64,000 nucleotides of DNA. Origin: a virus. Location of the stretch: IMG/VR virus record IMGVR_UViG_3300044974_000943; one strand, given 5' to 3'. Below, in pieces: positions 51,224 through 63,382 of the stretch (positions are counted from its first letter, which is position 1; every line of letters starts with the position of its first letter). The notes under the pieces are model-generated. The model was not told where the DNA came from. It searched no databases and worked only from the letters and a program-made list of their open reading frames with translations. A program made the position numbers and the translations under genes.

Positions 51224-52351
51224 TATTTGCCTCGAAATCCTTTAGTAGTTGAATCAATTTATCATCGGTCACATAGAAAAGGTCAGTACCTTCAGGCAGA
51301 GAATTTGAAATCAGTTGCCCCAATCTCAGTTCGGGAAATTTGCCCCAAGTCTGAAGTATTTGTGTGGTCATAATCAATCTTTTTCTGACCTCCTCGTTTT
51401 TAGCTTTGGCGGCAATTATCTGTAGATTCTCATTCTCCAACAAGTTTGGGACTACCCAAGGACTTTCCCTAATAGCAACAAGTGCAACTTTCGCTCTCTG
51501 CATTTTCAAGAAACCCGCAATAGTATCTTTAGTCTGTTGCGGAATTTTCATACTCTCAACGCGCCGAATGAAGCCGTGCAAACGTCTGTCAATTGATTGT
51601 TTTGAGTAGTGCAATGTCTGGTCTAAACTCTTGTTAATAAAAGCATTGAAGTCATCAAAGAAGTGAGATAACTTACAAAAGAGTCTGTAGCGATGGATAA
51701 CCCTGAAAGCTTCTTGTTGCTCTTGTATACCAATAGACTCTGAAACTAGAGGGAAGGAGTTAGTTTTAGTTACACCTTCAACAGCAGCATTGAGTATACC
51801 AAGTACTGCATAATAATCTTTTGCAAAATTAACCAGTCCGAAACTCTTCTCGAAAGTACCAGACAAGTTGCAAACATTAAGTCTGTAGGTCATGGTTTCA
51901 CCTGTTTAACGTAGGGCAGAAAAAAATATTCAACGTATTCTCGAAGTAGCGGCTTGACATTAGCGACAATTTTACTGTCATCGATGCTGTTGATTAGTCC
52001 CGCAAAGCCACGAATGATAATCAGAGTATCAGAATGAGTCGGGTGTGTCAACAAAGCTCTGTGAACCAAAGAGTTGAAACGGGAAATGAATGACCTTACC
52101 TTCCTTTCTGTGTGGCGCTCACCTCCGATTCCAATTACATAGTAGCCAATTTGATGCAGTAGCTCATTCTGATTAGTGGCGAACGCATAAGCCGCATCGG
52201 TGTAGCTATCACGCTTGTAGATTTGTCTAAAAAATTCTGAGTTGCGGTCAATTTTATGGAATGCGATGGAGAGAGGTAGGAAGTTAGTGGCTCGAAGTGT
52301 GTTCATTAGTATGTGTCTCCAATTTTGCTCCTATAGTAAATGAGGCGGTAC

Positions 52352-52717
52352 TTAGTGGTCAAGTACCGCGAGAGTGTTGCGAACCAAAAGGATAGGGATA
52401 TCGAATTTCTCCAGTTGAGATTCCAAAGAAGGTTTTCGTTGCCAAGGTGCATCAATAACTACTAATTCAGGTTTGATTTTCTCAATTTTATCTTCTAGTT
52501 CAGAAAGGGAAAACAAGCGATTGAAATAGATGTTGTCGGGTTTGGGCGTAGAGAGCCAAGTATCACCTACGAGGCAAGAACTTCTACCAACAAGAGTCGA
52601 AATATCGTCGTCAGTAAAAATTAGCACCTTACCAGTTTCAGCAACTTTAGCTGCGAGAAGATAGGCTTGTCGAGTTTTACCAGATTTAGGTGAACCAGAA
52701 AGAATTGTGAGTGACAT
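52352..52717 (-). CDS. short RecA/DnaB-like P-loop protein
   Basis: LSGSPKSGKT and LVVID in only 121 aa. Confidence 0.5.
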   Translation of the reverse strand: MSLTILSGSPKSGKTRQAYLLAAKVAETGKVLIFTDDDISTLVGRSSCLVGDTWLSTPKPDNIYFNRLFSLSELEDKIEKIKPELVVIDAPWQRKPSLESQLEKFDIPILLVRNTLAVLDH

Positions 52718-53195
52718 AATGATTGCTCCTTATAGAAAAGAAAGAGAACCTATAGCAGCCGTCAACCGTTCTTTGTTGGATACGGGTAACTGCGACTCTT
52801 GCCAATTACGCGAACGGGTAAGTCATCTTTTTCGGGTTCTGTGATAGGACTTATTGACATTGCCTGAAGATGTTAGAAAGGGCGCGTTTTTCCAGTTATG
52901 GGGTCACGAGTGAAACCTTCTGGCAACTCTCGGTTTTCTTTAATAGCTTGACGAAAGCCTCTGATACTACCAACCACGAAAGCTTCAAGCACAATACCGA
53001 TACTGTAAATGAGGACGGGGTGCGCGATACCTAATGTAGTTGCATAGACAGCTAGAGCCAAGACTACAGATGCAGTATTACGATACACACTACGTTCAAA
53101 CTCAATCTCTTTTTCTGACATGATTAATTTCCTTAGTTAGTAACAAAATTGTAGAGTGAGGGAGGCTCTAGTATCACTCCCTCTGAAGACCTACC

Positions 53196-54260
53196 TTATT
53201 CGCGGTAAGTGGTAGGGAGAAGCTGCTCAAGGTACTCGTTGACCTTGTTACGCGCACCACCAAAGATATTGCCCTTGAAAGCACTGCTCGGCTCCATACC
53301 GCCATCCTTGCCTAGATATTTTTGCCAACCAGTTACAGAGTTCAAAACGCGATAACCAGTGTGTTCCTGACTACCGAAGATGTCCGTACTTGAAAGCTCG
53401 TTGTAAGCATCCCGTAGACCGCAGAATTTTACAACATTGCGTGGGTAAGTTTCATCTTCCTCTAGGTAGGTTGGAATCTCTGCTGTACGAGAGATATTGA
53501 GTAGGTCGCGAAAGATGGTATCGACTTGACCATATTCGAGAGTCAGGTTGTTGAGAGCGTGAAGGTGAGGGGCTGTTTGTTCATGGAAACGCATAGTTGC
53601 AACATCGATTAACTTACGCGCCTCTACGAGCCGTTGCTGAGGTGATACGCGATTGTCGTCAAGCCCGAAGAACTTGCCCAACTTCTTTTCTGACGCGCCG
53701 ATTGCAGCATAGAGAGTATTCTTGCAAATTACTCTAAAGTCACTCCATACAAATCCACGCTTTGTCACTCCGTCATGGGATAGGGAGAGAATGAAGTAAG
53801 GCGTAATCTTGTCTTCTTCGCCACGAATGGTTATCACTTCATCAGGTACTTTGCAGTTAACAGCAAGGATGCCAAGCGAGTCAAAAGCCAGATAATCTTC
53901 GATTTGCAAGAGTCCTTCATCAGTAAACGGTTCGAGCCATTTGACACCTACAGGATATTGCAGAACATTGTAGCTGCTTGCAACTTTGAGTGCGTAGGTC
54001 TTACCCCGTTCGCCAGTGAAGATTTGCAGACCAGATTCAGTCTCGACATACTCTTGTCTAATGAATTGGGACTTGGCTTCATTGACAGGCTCACCGTCTT
54101 CATTGAGGTTAGGATGCTTGACTGCAACCCATGAATTGAGTTGAAGCTTGTCGATGATGTCTTGAGGATGGATAACGTCAACGATTTTGGAAGTTCCCAG
54201 TTGGGCGAAAAACCCAGTAGTCGAAACGTGGGTATGAAGGTCGGGTGTGGCTGTAGTCAT
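53196..54260 (-). CDS. DUF932/DUF945-family phage protein
   Basis: YNVLQ, LSLSHDG, RVICKNTL, YRVLNSVT. Confidence 0.75.
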   Translation of the reverse strand: MTTATPDLHTHVSTTGFFAQLGTSKIVDVIHPQDIIDKLQLNSWVAVKHPNLNEDGEPVNEAKSQFIRQEYVETESGLQIFTGERGKTYALKVASSYNVLQYPVGVKWLEPFTDEGLLQIEDYLAFDSLGILAVNCKVPDEVITIRGEEDKITPYFILSLSHDGVTKRGFVWSDFRVICKNTLYAAIGASEKKLGKFFGLDDNRVSPQQRLVEARKLIDVATMRFHEQTAPHLHALNNLTLEYGQVDTIFRDLLNISRTAEIPTYLEEDETYPRNVVKFCGLRDAYNELSSTDIFGSQEHTGYRVLNSVTGWQKYLGKDGGMEPSSAFKGNIFGGARNKVNEYLEQLLPTTYRE

Positions 54261-54520
54261 TTATTTATCGTCCTGAGTGAATGTTTCTATCGCTGTAGCG
54301 GTGCAGAAAAGGATAGTTCCAGCTAGGGTCAGTCCTTTGAGCCAGTTGTTAGTGAGAGGGCTAAATAATCCAAAAGCCACAATAATTGGAAGTCCGAATG
54401 AGCAAGCAAGTTTCATTATTTTTTACCATCATCTTTAGGAGGTGTAATCATTGCAATAGTTACAGATATAATCCAAACCGTTAAACAGAAGCCAGTCCAA
54501 GGAAAAAACATTGATTGTAC

Positions 54521-54913
54521 CTAGTTAGAGGAAGAAGAGGTGGATTGAATGCGTAGTTTTGGAAGATTGCAAGAAGCAGTGTTTTCGGAAAGCCAGTTAG
54601 CACCACACTCTAGTTGAATGAAGCGTCCTTGTTTGTCCGTAGCTGTGCAGGAGATTCTACCATCATTATCTGTGTCCCACTGGTTGCAAGTACCAGCAGT
54701 CAGGTTGTTAGCGTGAGAGAATTGCACCAAGTTGTTGTAGGCTCGGTCATGAGCTTTGAGAGCTTCAGTGCCAAAAAGGTAGAGGAAGCCACCAACTGCA
54801 CCGATAGCTGCAACGATGACTAAGCCGCCCTTAATGGCTTCTACTGTGCGATACGAAGGAGTGAATCGGTCAATGATTGGGTTGAGCTTGTCGAAAATTT
54901 CTTTGGGTTTCAT
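54521..54913 (-). CDS. membrane-anchored Cys-rich protein
   Basis: One TM helix followed by CNQWDTDNDGRISC...C...C. Confidence 0.55.
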   Translation of the reverse strand: MKPKEIFDKLNPIIDRFTPSYRTVEAIKGGLVIVAAIGAVGGFLYLFGTEALKAHDRAYNNLVQFSHANNLTAGTCNQWDTDNDGRISCTATDKQGRFIQLECGANWLSENTASCNLPKLRIQSTSSSSN

Positions 54914-57900
54914 GTATTTAGTCGTTAATATTAGTTAAAGTTGTACTTGATACCCCCACAATAGAGGGTGTTGCCCTTTTTAGGGGTGTTCGCATAAGTT
55001 TCACCAGATTTATTCAGAGTTGAGTTCCTGCGAGTTACCGACGATTATATTCTCTAACGTATTTACTAAGGTCGTCACCTGCTAAAAGGAGGAGGTCGTG
55101 CTAATGTCTTGCAGGTCATAAGACTAATCTCCAAATAGAGCGTATACGATTGTCAGCACGAAAGTACCATTGATAACAAGTGAAGCGGCAGCAGGAAGGA
55201 AAATAGCAACTACAATTGATGCAGCGATGCCTACAGTGAATAAGGTAATGGTGGTTTGATTCTTAGTCATGATGCGTACCTCTCTTTCTGTAATGTAGAG
55301 TGATTATCGTTCTTGTCATTCAAGTACCAAGTCACCAGTCTCACATCTTGGTATTCGAGTCGGTCTTGCTCCAGTTCACCAGCTAATACCAGTATGATAT
55401 CCGTATCAGGGCTAGTTGGTAAATCTACCCGTAGAGCGAGTTTAGTTACCTCATAGTCAGGATTCAAGACAATCTCGAAAATGTTCTCATGAGACGCTGA
55501 TGCTAGGAGGGCAGAAAAGAGAGTGGTGTCCTTGATGCCAGCATAGTCAGTGCGTGAAATATTGAATGAGCCATTACCTTTGGTGACATAGTAGCCAGTA
55601 CAATGCCAAGGGTAGCTTTTCCACTTATGGTTAGCATGATTAGAGATTATGAGAAACTTCTGTGCGTGAGCGAGTAGCGCGAGTTGTTGAGCGATGATAT
55701 AAGGGTCGCGGAACTTGCGTGGTGCGGTCTGGCGATGGTGTAACTGCGTAGTAGCGGTCATTTCAGGATTACCTCTTGTAGTAGTAGAATTTAGTCGCTA
55801 AGGATTTCTTGATTGTGATAAGGCGGAAAGGTCTTGCAGTAACGTCCCCGCCTCACCTGAGATTGAAAGTTCGATTGTCATGGTGTTTCCTCATCTAAGT
55901 ACCAGTCAATATAGTCCCAAAACTCAGCAAGCAAAATCTCGAAGTCTTTACGTTCGATTGGTTCTGCGCCTGTATAAACGAGAGAATAGTCTGAAGTGTT
56001 TTGTAAAACGTCTACAGAGGGAAACCCATCGTTGTTGTCGGTAAAGTCGCAAAAAGCTTCCTTCAGTTCTTGATAAGTTTTAATCATTACAGCGTCACTC
56101 CAAATCTAGTTTGAGCAAACTCCAAGCAGTCGTCAACATCAGTAAACACTTTCTCACACAATCGCCCAGCGTGACGATAGAGAATCACAAGTTCTGTTTC
56201 TGTGTGAAGCAAGATGAACTCTTTGACTGTGAAAGGTTTACCAGCGATTTTCTGGGGTTTGTAGCCCGTTGCAAGTTTACTTAGAGTAGAATCTAGCTTT
56301 TGGTCTAGGAAAGTGCGGTACAAGTCGAATTGAGGGTAAGCAGATAGTCCTGTAGAAGTGGTAGCTAAGGCATTAATACGATAGCCAGCTTTATTGTGTG
56401 TGGCGAGAGTCATTTTGTAAAGCCCCTGAAAAATAGTGAAGATGAGCGTCAGCGAATGAACCCCGTATAGCCGATAGGTCAGCTTTGAGCAGTTAGTCGA
56501 AGAGAATGTCGCCAATAGTATTTTGGCTAACTGGCAAACTGAAGCTACCGTGTCTGAGAGGCACTTCTGCGTCAATACTCCACTCTACTAACACATAAAC
56601 ATTCTCAGCATCGATTTGTGTGATGGTGAAAGGTCTATTGGAATGCTCTTTGATGAGGGAACTGACAGCTTCGATGGTGTGTAGTGTCTTGGCAGATAGA
56701 GCATCATTTTGAGCTTTGATATTAGAAGCTTGCTCGTCTAGGTCTACTAGTTGATGTGCCACCTCATTGACTGAAATAGGGAAGTCTAGTGTAGTTGAAG
56801 CTGAAGTGTACTCATTGGAAAGTATCACATAAGTATTGAATTGCACAGGAAACTCATTGTGGAATTTTTCGATGTACTCTTGTAGAGCTTCGATTGTCTC
56901 GATAGTCTCAACAAGTGAACCATCTTCAGCGATGTCAACGTAAACAAATGATGTAGCCATGAGAATTGCTCCTTATTGTAGTTGGGTTGGGGTAACGCTT
57001 TCGCTAGATTACCTTTGGCTAGGCAGTACAAGACTACCCAGCGAGAGAGAATCTAATTTGTCAGGTATCCGATACTTTCTTGAAACTGTTTCGCCTTATC
57101 CCAGATTTCTTGAGGTGCTGAGACTGTAATTTCTTGACCAAAAGCATCTTTGGGTTTGTGTTTGGTGATTTTGATACGCTCAATATCAAACTCATCTACA
57201 GGATATTGGTAATTACCCGACCTGTGCATATATTCCATGAATGAAATTAAAGCAAGTCCAAAACTGTGAGGGTCTTTCCGTTCACAATTCCTACCTTCGT
57301 GGTGATTTCCCTGATACTTCCAGAATGTTGCTTTTTTATTATTCATGATGCCTCTAGCTCCTGTGTGATGCGTTGATATTCTTGGAAATGATACTGAGCA
57401 GCTTTTTGTTTTTTAGTGCGTTCTAGTTGCTCTTGTTGTTTTCGTTGTGTTTCGTACTGTGTTGCATCAAACTCAAAACTGAATAACGATGCAATGTGTT
57501 GTGTTGAATCAATCAATGCGTGAATGCTTTCATAGCTTATATTTTTTTCTATAGCTTTGTCAAGCACTTTTTTCGATTGAGCAAAGATATTTTTTGGATT
57601 TACATCTTTAGGAGTAGCCCAAATTGGGTAGGTTACAAGACGTTCACACCAAAGAAATTCAGCAGTTGGGGCAAAGCAAAATTCATTGTAGGGAACATGA
57701 ACAATATTTTCTCTTTCTGCCATTGAGCGAAGCGAGTGTACTTGCCTACGATTATGCATCTTAGATGAGCCACAATCGATGAACAGCACTTCGTTTTGCC
57801 AAGCGGCTATCATTTCACCAGAAGCATACAAATGACCGTCACAGTCGATTTGCAGACCACTGGAAGAGGGGTCGCAAGCTTGCAACAGAAAAGAAGTGAG

Positions 57901-58957
57901 GAGTTGTTCGCGAGAGAGGTTTTTAGTTTTCACTGTATTCCTTTTTACCATAAGTAAATGTTTCCAAGTAACGATTAAAACCTGAAGTAATGTAAAGCCA
58001 GTCATCTACTACTAGCATTTTAGATAGGATGAGGTAGTAAAAAGAGAGCATCAAAGAAACTTCTTGAAACTCGCCATTAGTAAGCGCCCAGATTTTACCC
58101 GACCCTATTTCTACAAGGTTTTGTCCCTGTAACTGGTATTTAAGTGTTTTCATTGTTAGAATTTCTCCAAGTTTTTCAATTCTTTTCTGGTTTTGTTAGA
58201 TGCGATGTGCAAGCGCTTGGCTACAATATCTTGCAAAGCGGCAGTAAGTAACAAATCAGCGAGTTCGATGTTGTCAGGGTAAGCATCGAAGTCAATAGCA
58301 CCAGAATTTATTAGAAATTCCGCCCTTGCTTTTACTTCTGCTTTGATTTTGTATTCAAGACGATTTTGGATAGTTTCCCAAACTGTGAAAGAGTTAGACA
58401 TTTAGAAATTCTCCTAGAGATTGCAAGATTTGGTGATTTGAGACTTGTTGCAGGTGTGAGGCTATCTTTACAAGGTTAACTTGGTTGCGTGTCTTGGTGA
58501 CGCTTTTCTCAGCGATTGAGAGTTGATAGCAGTGAGTGAGTTTAGATAGGTTCATAGGTAGTTGTGATTTTGATAAGTCTCCATAACTCATGCTCATAAT
58601 TTTTCTCCGAAAAGTTGGCAGAAAGAATGAGCGTCAGCGAATAAAGAGAGGGTATTTAAGGGATACACCCTCTCAATAGTTTGTTAGTAGGTCAATCGAA
58701 TACGCTTAAAGCCATCTTCTTTTTCAAGAGAGAAGGGAATAGATGCTTCACTTAATTCCAAAAGCTTGAGGCGCAGATTTTCCCAGTCTGCATTGTTGTT
58801 TACAAGGGAATAGCTGACTTGAGTAGGTGCGGGTAATGTTTGTAGTGATAGCATTTCAGTGCTTCTACGATTAGAAGTCCGTCTTGAAAATTCTGTATCT
58901 TGCATTTTGTTTTGTGATTGAGTAATGGTTAACATTGATTACTCTTATCTGTCCAGT

Positions 58958-58987
58958 AGCTTATACCAGACAGATAGGAAAAGTCAA
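58958..58987 (-). promoter_or_regulatory. sigma70-type early promoter TTGACT...TAAGCT with overlapping inverted repeat
   Basis: TATCTGTC/GACAGATA inverted repeat at 58946-58976. Confidence 0.6.
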
Positions 58988-60437
58988 GTTTTTTTGTACG
59001 TCTTTGGAAGTAAGTTTAGTAAGTCCACGATTTTAAAAGATTTTTAGTTAGATAGCTATCAACTAGTTTGATGTAATCCATATCCAACTCCAACTTATTT
59101 AGCCTTGTGTGCTTACATAGGTGTTTGCCTATGGTGAAGTTGATAAGAAACCTTTTCAGGATTTCTTCGCTAGCATTTTCCAAGCCGTAATCAAGAATAG
59201 CTTCTTGCAATCCTTCAGCTAGTGTTCGACCGTAATCGTTATCGCAAAGTTTAGCGACAATAAAGTTGTTAGTCATGATTGTGTCCAATCTCTTTTTTAA
59301 TTTTCATCGTGCCAAGTATTGATTCGTAAGCTTCAATCTTGGCATTTTTTTGCGCTGTAATTTCGAGTGTGTCGTAAATGCGTTGCTCATAACCTAGATG
59401 GAAGCAAGCAAAGCCTGACATAACACAGCCTAGAACGAAACCAAAAATAGTTCCTTCAATCATGATTATCTCTAGTCAACCTCATAGAAATTGTACTGCT
59501 CACCCTTCAACAAAGCATCTACAGCACTAAGTACAGCGTATTGTGTATCAGCGTAGTATTTACCCTCTGGACTCTCTATCACTAAGCCGCCAAACAAAGC
59601 AACATCAACAGTTTGCCAACCATTGCACAGATAATGCTCTAGTAGTTCGCAGAGCGCTGTATCGTGTGGTAGCGAGTTAAGATACTCGATTTCATTTTCG
59701 TCTAGGGTAGAGGGGATAGCAGAACCATCTAGGATAAGGTAGCTCTTTTTCTCACTCAATCGCAATTCAAGACCTGAGTTATTCACAGTGACACCTCTCT
59801 AGTAGTGGATACAACTTCGATAATGCTGTCAATCATTGAATAGTGATACTCTTGCTTGAGAAACCATCGCAAGCTCTCATCAGATACAGCATAGACTTTG
59901 ATGCAGTCTTCATAGTCATCACTCTCTTCGTGCTGCACAAACAAATCTAGATTAATTTGTTTCTCTGAGAGTTCTTGTTGCCTATCCGTTTCATTCAGAG
60001 GAGTGAAAAAGATGAAATAGGTTTTGCGCTTTTCAGTCAATTGATACAAGCGCTTGATTTCTTTCTGTAAGTAAGTCTTGACGTTAAAGAATACAGTCAA
60101 GAGGTTATCATCGCTTGCTAGGCTTAGCAAATCTGCATCAGTCCAGGTTATAGACATTAGTTAGAATCTCCCATAGCTTCATGAATAGCAGTCAACAGAT
60201 TTTCAGCTTCAATCTCGCCATTTTCTAGAGCAGTATAGAACAAAGCAGAATCATCGTCATCGTTTACCCCACATTCAGAAGGCGAAGGGGTATAGCCCAG
60301 CCTTGCAGAAAGAATAGAGTATAGGGGGCATGACATACCGCCATGATAATCTGCACAGTACCAGTACAGTGCTTGTGCTGCTTCAAAATAATTTTCTTGA
60401 GTAACTTCCATTTATTCCTACCTTGTAGTTAGTGACT

Positions 60438-60497
60438 TGTCTCATCAATTGCCTAGTAGTCAGCTAGACAAGACCCCATAGGATAGGGGTTTCGACA
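60438..60497 (-). ncRNA. hammerhead ribozyme (type II topology, U3 variant)
   Basis: TGTC-GAAA-CCCC..GGGG-TC^-TTGTCTAG/CTAGGCAA-TTGATGA-GACA. Confidence 0.7.
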
Positions 60498-60521
60498 TTA
60501 CAGGACAGAAGGTTTCGACAG

Positions 60522-61490
60522 TTAAGCTAGACCGATGACAGCCGCAAAGCGCTCTAACTCTTTCGCTTGTATATCATGGCAACCGATACGGATACCCCAA
60601 TCGAATACACCTTGCAGTGTGAAATTACCAACTTGCGTATCGTCAGGCATGGTTTGATTTTTAAATGCCTTGTAGAGACTTGCACAGACTCGCAAGGGAA
60701 CTACAGCACCTCTAGAGGTTTGCACCTTATTCTTTTCGCTAGGGTGAATGCGTAGCACAATTGGGTTAGTGTGTGCGTTAGGGTATGTGTGTGAGACACC
60801 CGCAAGCCAGTCGAGACGTTCTTGTTTTGAGCGCTCAAAGGCAAGCCTCTCTTTTTCTGCTTTCTTAGCGTTAGCAGCATCTAGCACCGCCTGTAGTTCT
60901 TGAGTCACCTCAAAAGTCAATACAGGATAGTCATCATCAGAGAGTGCAAAATACTCTTTGATGAGATTTGCTTTAGTAGCAAAGCTGAAAGCCATGTTTT
61001 TTCTGTCTTCACTTGTACGGCTAAACTTTTTTAGGCAAGCGGTTCCAAGCAAGGCAACATAGATGTCATGGTATTGTTGCCAAATCTGAGATGCTTCGAT
61101 TTTATGAGGTTCATCGCTGACACTCTTGCGACCATAGTAGCCTCTACCTTTTCCGATAGTCTCAACATCTTGAGATACCCATTTGGGAATATTGTCGTAA
61201 TCAAAAATCTGTTGTGTGACTGCACTGCGAATATCACTCTGATGACCGCTTGTAGTGTGGCTGTAGCTGTAGTTATTCAAGATAACTACAAGACCTTTAG
61301 CACTGTCTCTAAATGCTGCAATGGGGGTAGAGTACGAATACAAAACCTCACCAATATCACTACCATCCTCACCATGCCGCTTAGAAGATTTGAAAGACAC
61401 GTTTGAGCTTCTGCCTTCATTTTGGACACGGTTAGCCCAAATATGGATGCACTCAGAAGCGTTAGAGAATACGCGCTTGATTCTTGCCAT
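60522..61490 (-). CDS. early phage protein of unknown function
   Basis: 322-aa ORF (HIWAN...LYSYSTPIA...TTSGHQ...IRIGCH). Confidence 0.65.
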   Translation of the reverse strand: MARIKRVFSNASECIHIWANRVQNEGRSSNVSFKSSKRHGEDGSDIGEVLYSYSTPIAAFRDSAKGLVVILNNYSYSHTTSGHQSDIRSAVTQQIFDYDNIPKWVSQDVETIGKGRGYYGRKSVSDEPHKIEASQIWQQYHDIYVALLGTACLKKFSRTSEDRKNMAFSFATKANLIKEYFALSDDDYPVLTFEVTQELQAVLDAANAKKAEKERLAFERSKQERLDWLAGVSHTYPNAHTNPIVLRIHPSEKNKVQTSRGAVVPLRVCASLYKAFKNQTMPDDTQVGNFTLQGVFDWGIRIGCHDIQAKELERFAAVIGLA

Positions 61491-61581
61491 GAGATTTTAA
61501 TTCCTGTTTTATTTACAGTAAGTGAGTGAAAAGAGCGCCATAAGCGATAGCTACATTGCTCTTGACTGTCCATAAGTTGAT

Positions 61582-61610
61582 AGCTTACAGACAGTTAGGA
61601 AAAATGTCAA
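61582..61610 (-). promoter_or_regulatory. sigma70 promoter TTGACA-17-TAAGCT
   Basis: Canonical -35 and 17-nt spacing. Confidence 0.7.
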
Positions 61611-63183
61611 GCGTTAGCCGTAGATGTAAAACCTATCGAATAGACTTCCATCGTTCTCTCAAGGCTTTATTGATACCCCGCCCGATTGCCTCATCAAATT
61701 CTAGCCAAGGTTCAAACTTAACCCTTGGATTATCTTCCGTCTCGTTAATAGCGTTAGCCAAGAACTCAAAAGGGCTAAACTGTCTACCATCACTCTCGCA
61801 TTCATAGGCATAGTTAGTATGAAACTCTAGCCAATTATCAGAGGTGATTTTGACTCTTTTACGTTCATCTAGAAATTGACCATCGCCATAGTCACCTATA
61901 TCTACAAGGTCTATCGACTTTGCGATGCTGTAGCCACGTTGTAGCCCTTCGGCTATAATTTCACGTTTGTTCATTGATTCCTTACCCTATAGGCAAGTTT
62001 AGCGGTTAGTAGAGATATGCACTTTAGGTGAATACTCTTGACAGCACAGTAAAAAACTATGCTGTTAGGAATAGTCAGTGCTACATGATGTTATCTATAC
62101 CGTAGTAGCTTATCAAGTCTTGTATTAGATACATAATAATTCCTAGCCTATAGCTAGTTTGAGATTTTTTAGGGAATATTTTATTATTCGATAGGGTTGA
62201 ATAAGGGTACGCCCTTTATCCCATAATGTTACAAGGTTTTCAACCTATCAATAACATACTCAAAATCAGCACTATTTCTAATCTTAGAGACAGAATCATA
62301 GTGTTGCATCTCTATAGAGCCTTTAGGGTTGCCAAGCCCCTGATTATAGAGTTCAATACCTCTAGCACAAGTTTTACTATTCCAAAACATATCTTCTGTG
62401 AGTTGTTCTGAAATATCTAGTAACTCTGCACGAATTGCAGAGAGTCTCTCTATAATTTTAGACTTTTGCGAGACATAAACGTATCCCTCACTCATAGTTC
62501 CTACTCCTTTGTAGTAATAGACATAGCGTTAGTGCTAGTCTTAGCTGTGCTGTCAGCTTAGTTAATGCAAACTCTCAAACCGTACTACTAAGCGCTCTAT
62601 AGTCTTTTGTAGCTTGTCGTATGATTCATCACAATCACCATTTTTAATTACAAAACCAAATAATGACTTGACATCAGATAGAATAAGCTCTTTAGTAGAA
62701 TACTCTTTTCTATCTGCTTTCAACAAAGCCAGCTTATTTTCTAGCTCTTTAATTTCAGCATCATAATTAGCTGAAACCTCACCTCTATCCAATCTATTAG
62801 CAAAGTTATCTTTGTTAGTTGGATAGCATTCATGTTCTAATGAAATTCTACTCATTTTGCCTTATCTCCTATATTTTCAAGTGATAAGCTTTACAGCACA
62901 GTTAGGACTAGACTAACTTAACTTGTTTTATTTGCTTTGCTGACTTTAAGTTATAGCAGTATTACAGCTAACAGACTTTACTGAAGCGTTACATTTACAA
63001 AGTTAAGTATGTCATTGTCACATCTTGCAGTTTTTAGGTGACTGCTAACTTTCCGAGGCTTAACTGTTCTTACGGTTCTATAGGTTAAGCTCTATCTAAC
63101 GCCTTACGTTCAATCCCTTGCTATCAGGATAACTGCGATTAGATAATCCTAAAAATAAAACTGGGTTTTGTGTAGTTATTCAA

Positions 63184-63195
63184 TTTTCAAGGTTC
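63184..63195 (-). promoter_or_regulatory. boxA-like antitermination element GAACCTTGAAAA
   Basis: Matches the cyanobacterial rrn boxA; lies in the leader downstream of the promoter at 63354-63382. Confidence 0.5.
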
Positions 63196-63353
63196 TTTGC
63201 GTTTTTTAGTTCGCTTTAGTAGCTTAGTTGTTTTCTTTTTGTTTGTCAAGCGTTTTAAGAAAAATCTTTTTCGCTTGAAACAGAAAGAAAAAAGTCAGCT
63301 AGAGACGCGCTTTGCTTGGCTTTCGCTTAGCTGTTTCGTATCTCATGTAAATC

Positions 63354-63382
63354 AAGTTACCAGTATCAGATAGTATTGTCAA
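63354..63382 (-). promoter_or_regulatory. sigma70 promoter TTGACA-17-TAACTT, first early promoter
   Basis: Canonical -35 and 17-nt spacing. Confidence 0.65.

Larger units (their letters stand above)
55267..62855 (-). other. cluster of small early/host-takeover ORFs (about 20 genes, mostly hypothetical)
   Basis: Tightly packed co-oriented ORFs downstream of sigma70 promoters near the putative genome end. Confidence 0.6.

Noticed and set aside
52730-52870. Possible structured RNA or ribozyme in the intergenic gap
   Set aside because: Some stems exist but there is no recognisable catalytic core; a 32-aa ORF (MSISPITE...) explains it equally well.
55030-55120. Stop-codon reassignment suggested by short broken ORFs
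   Set aside because: All core genes are intact under the standard code and use all three stop codons.
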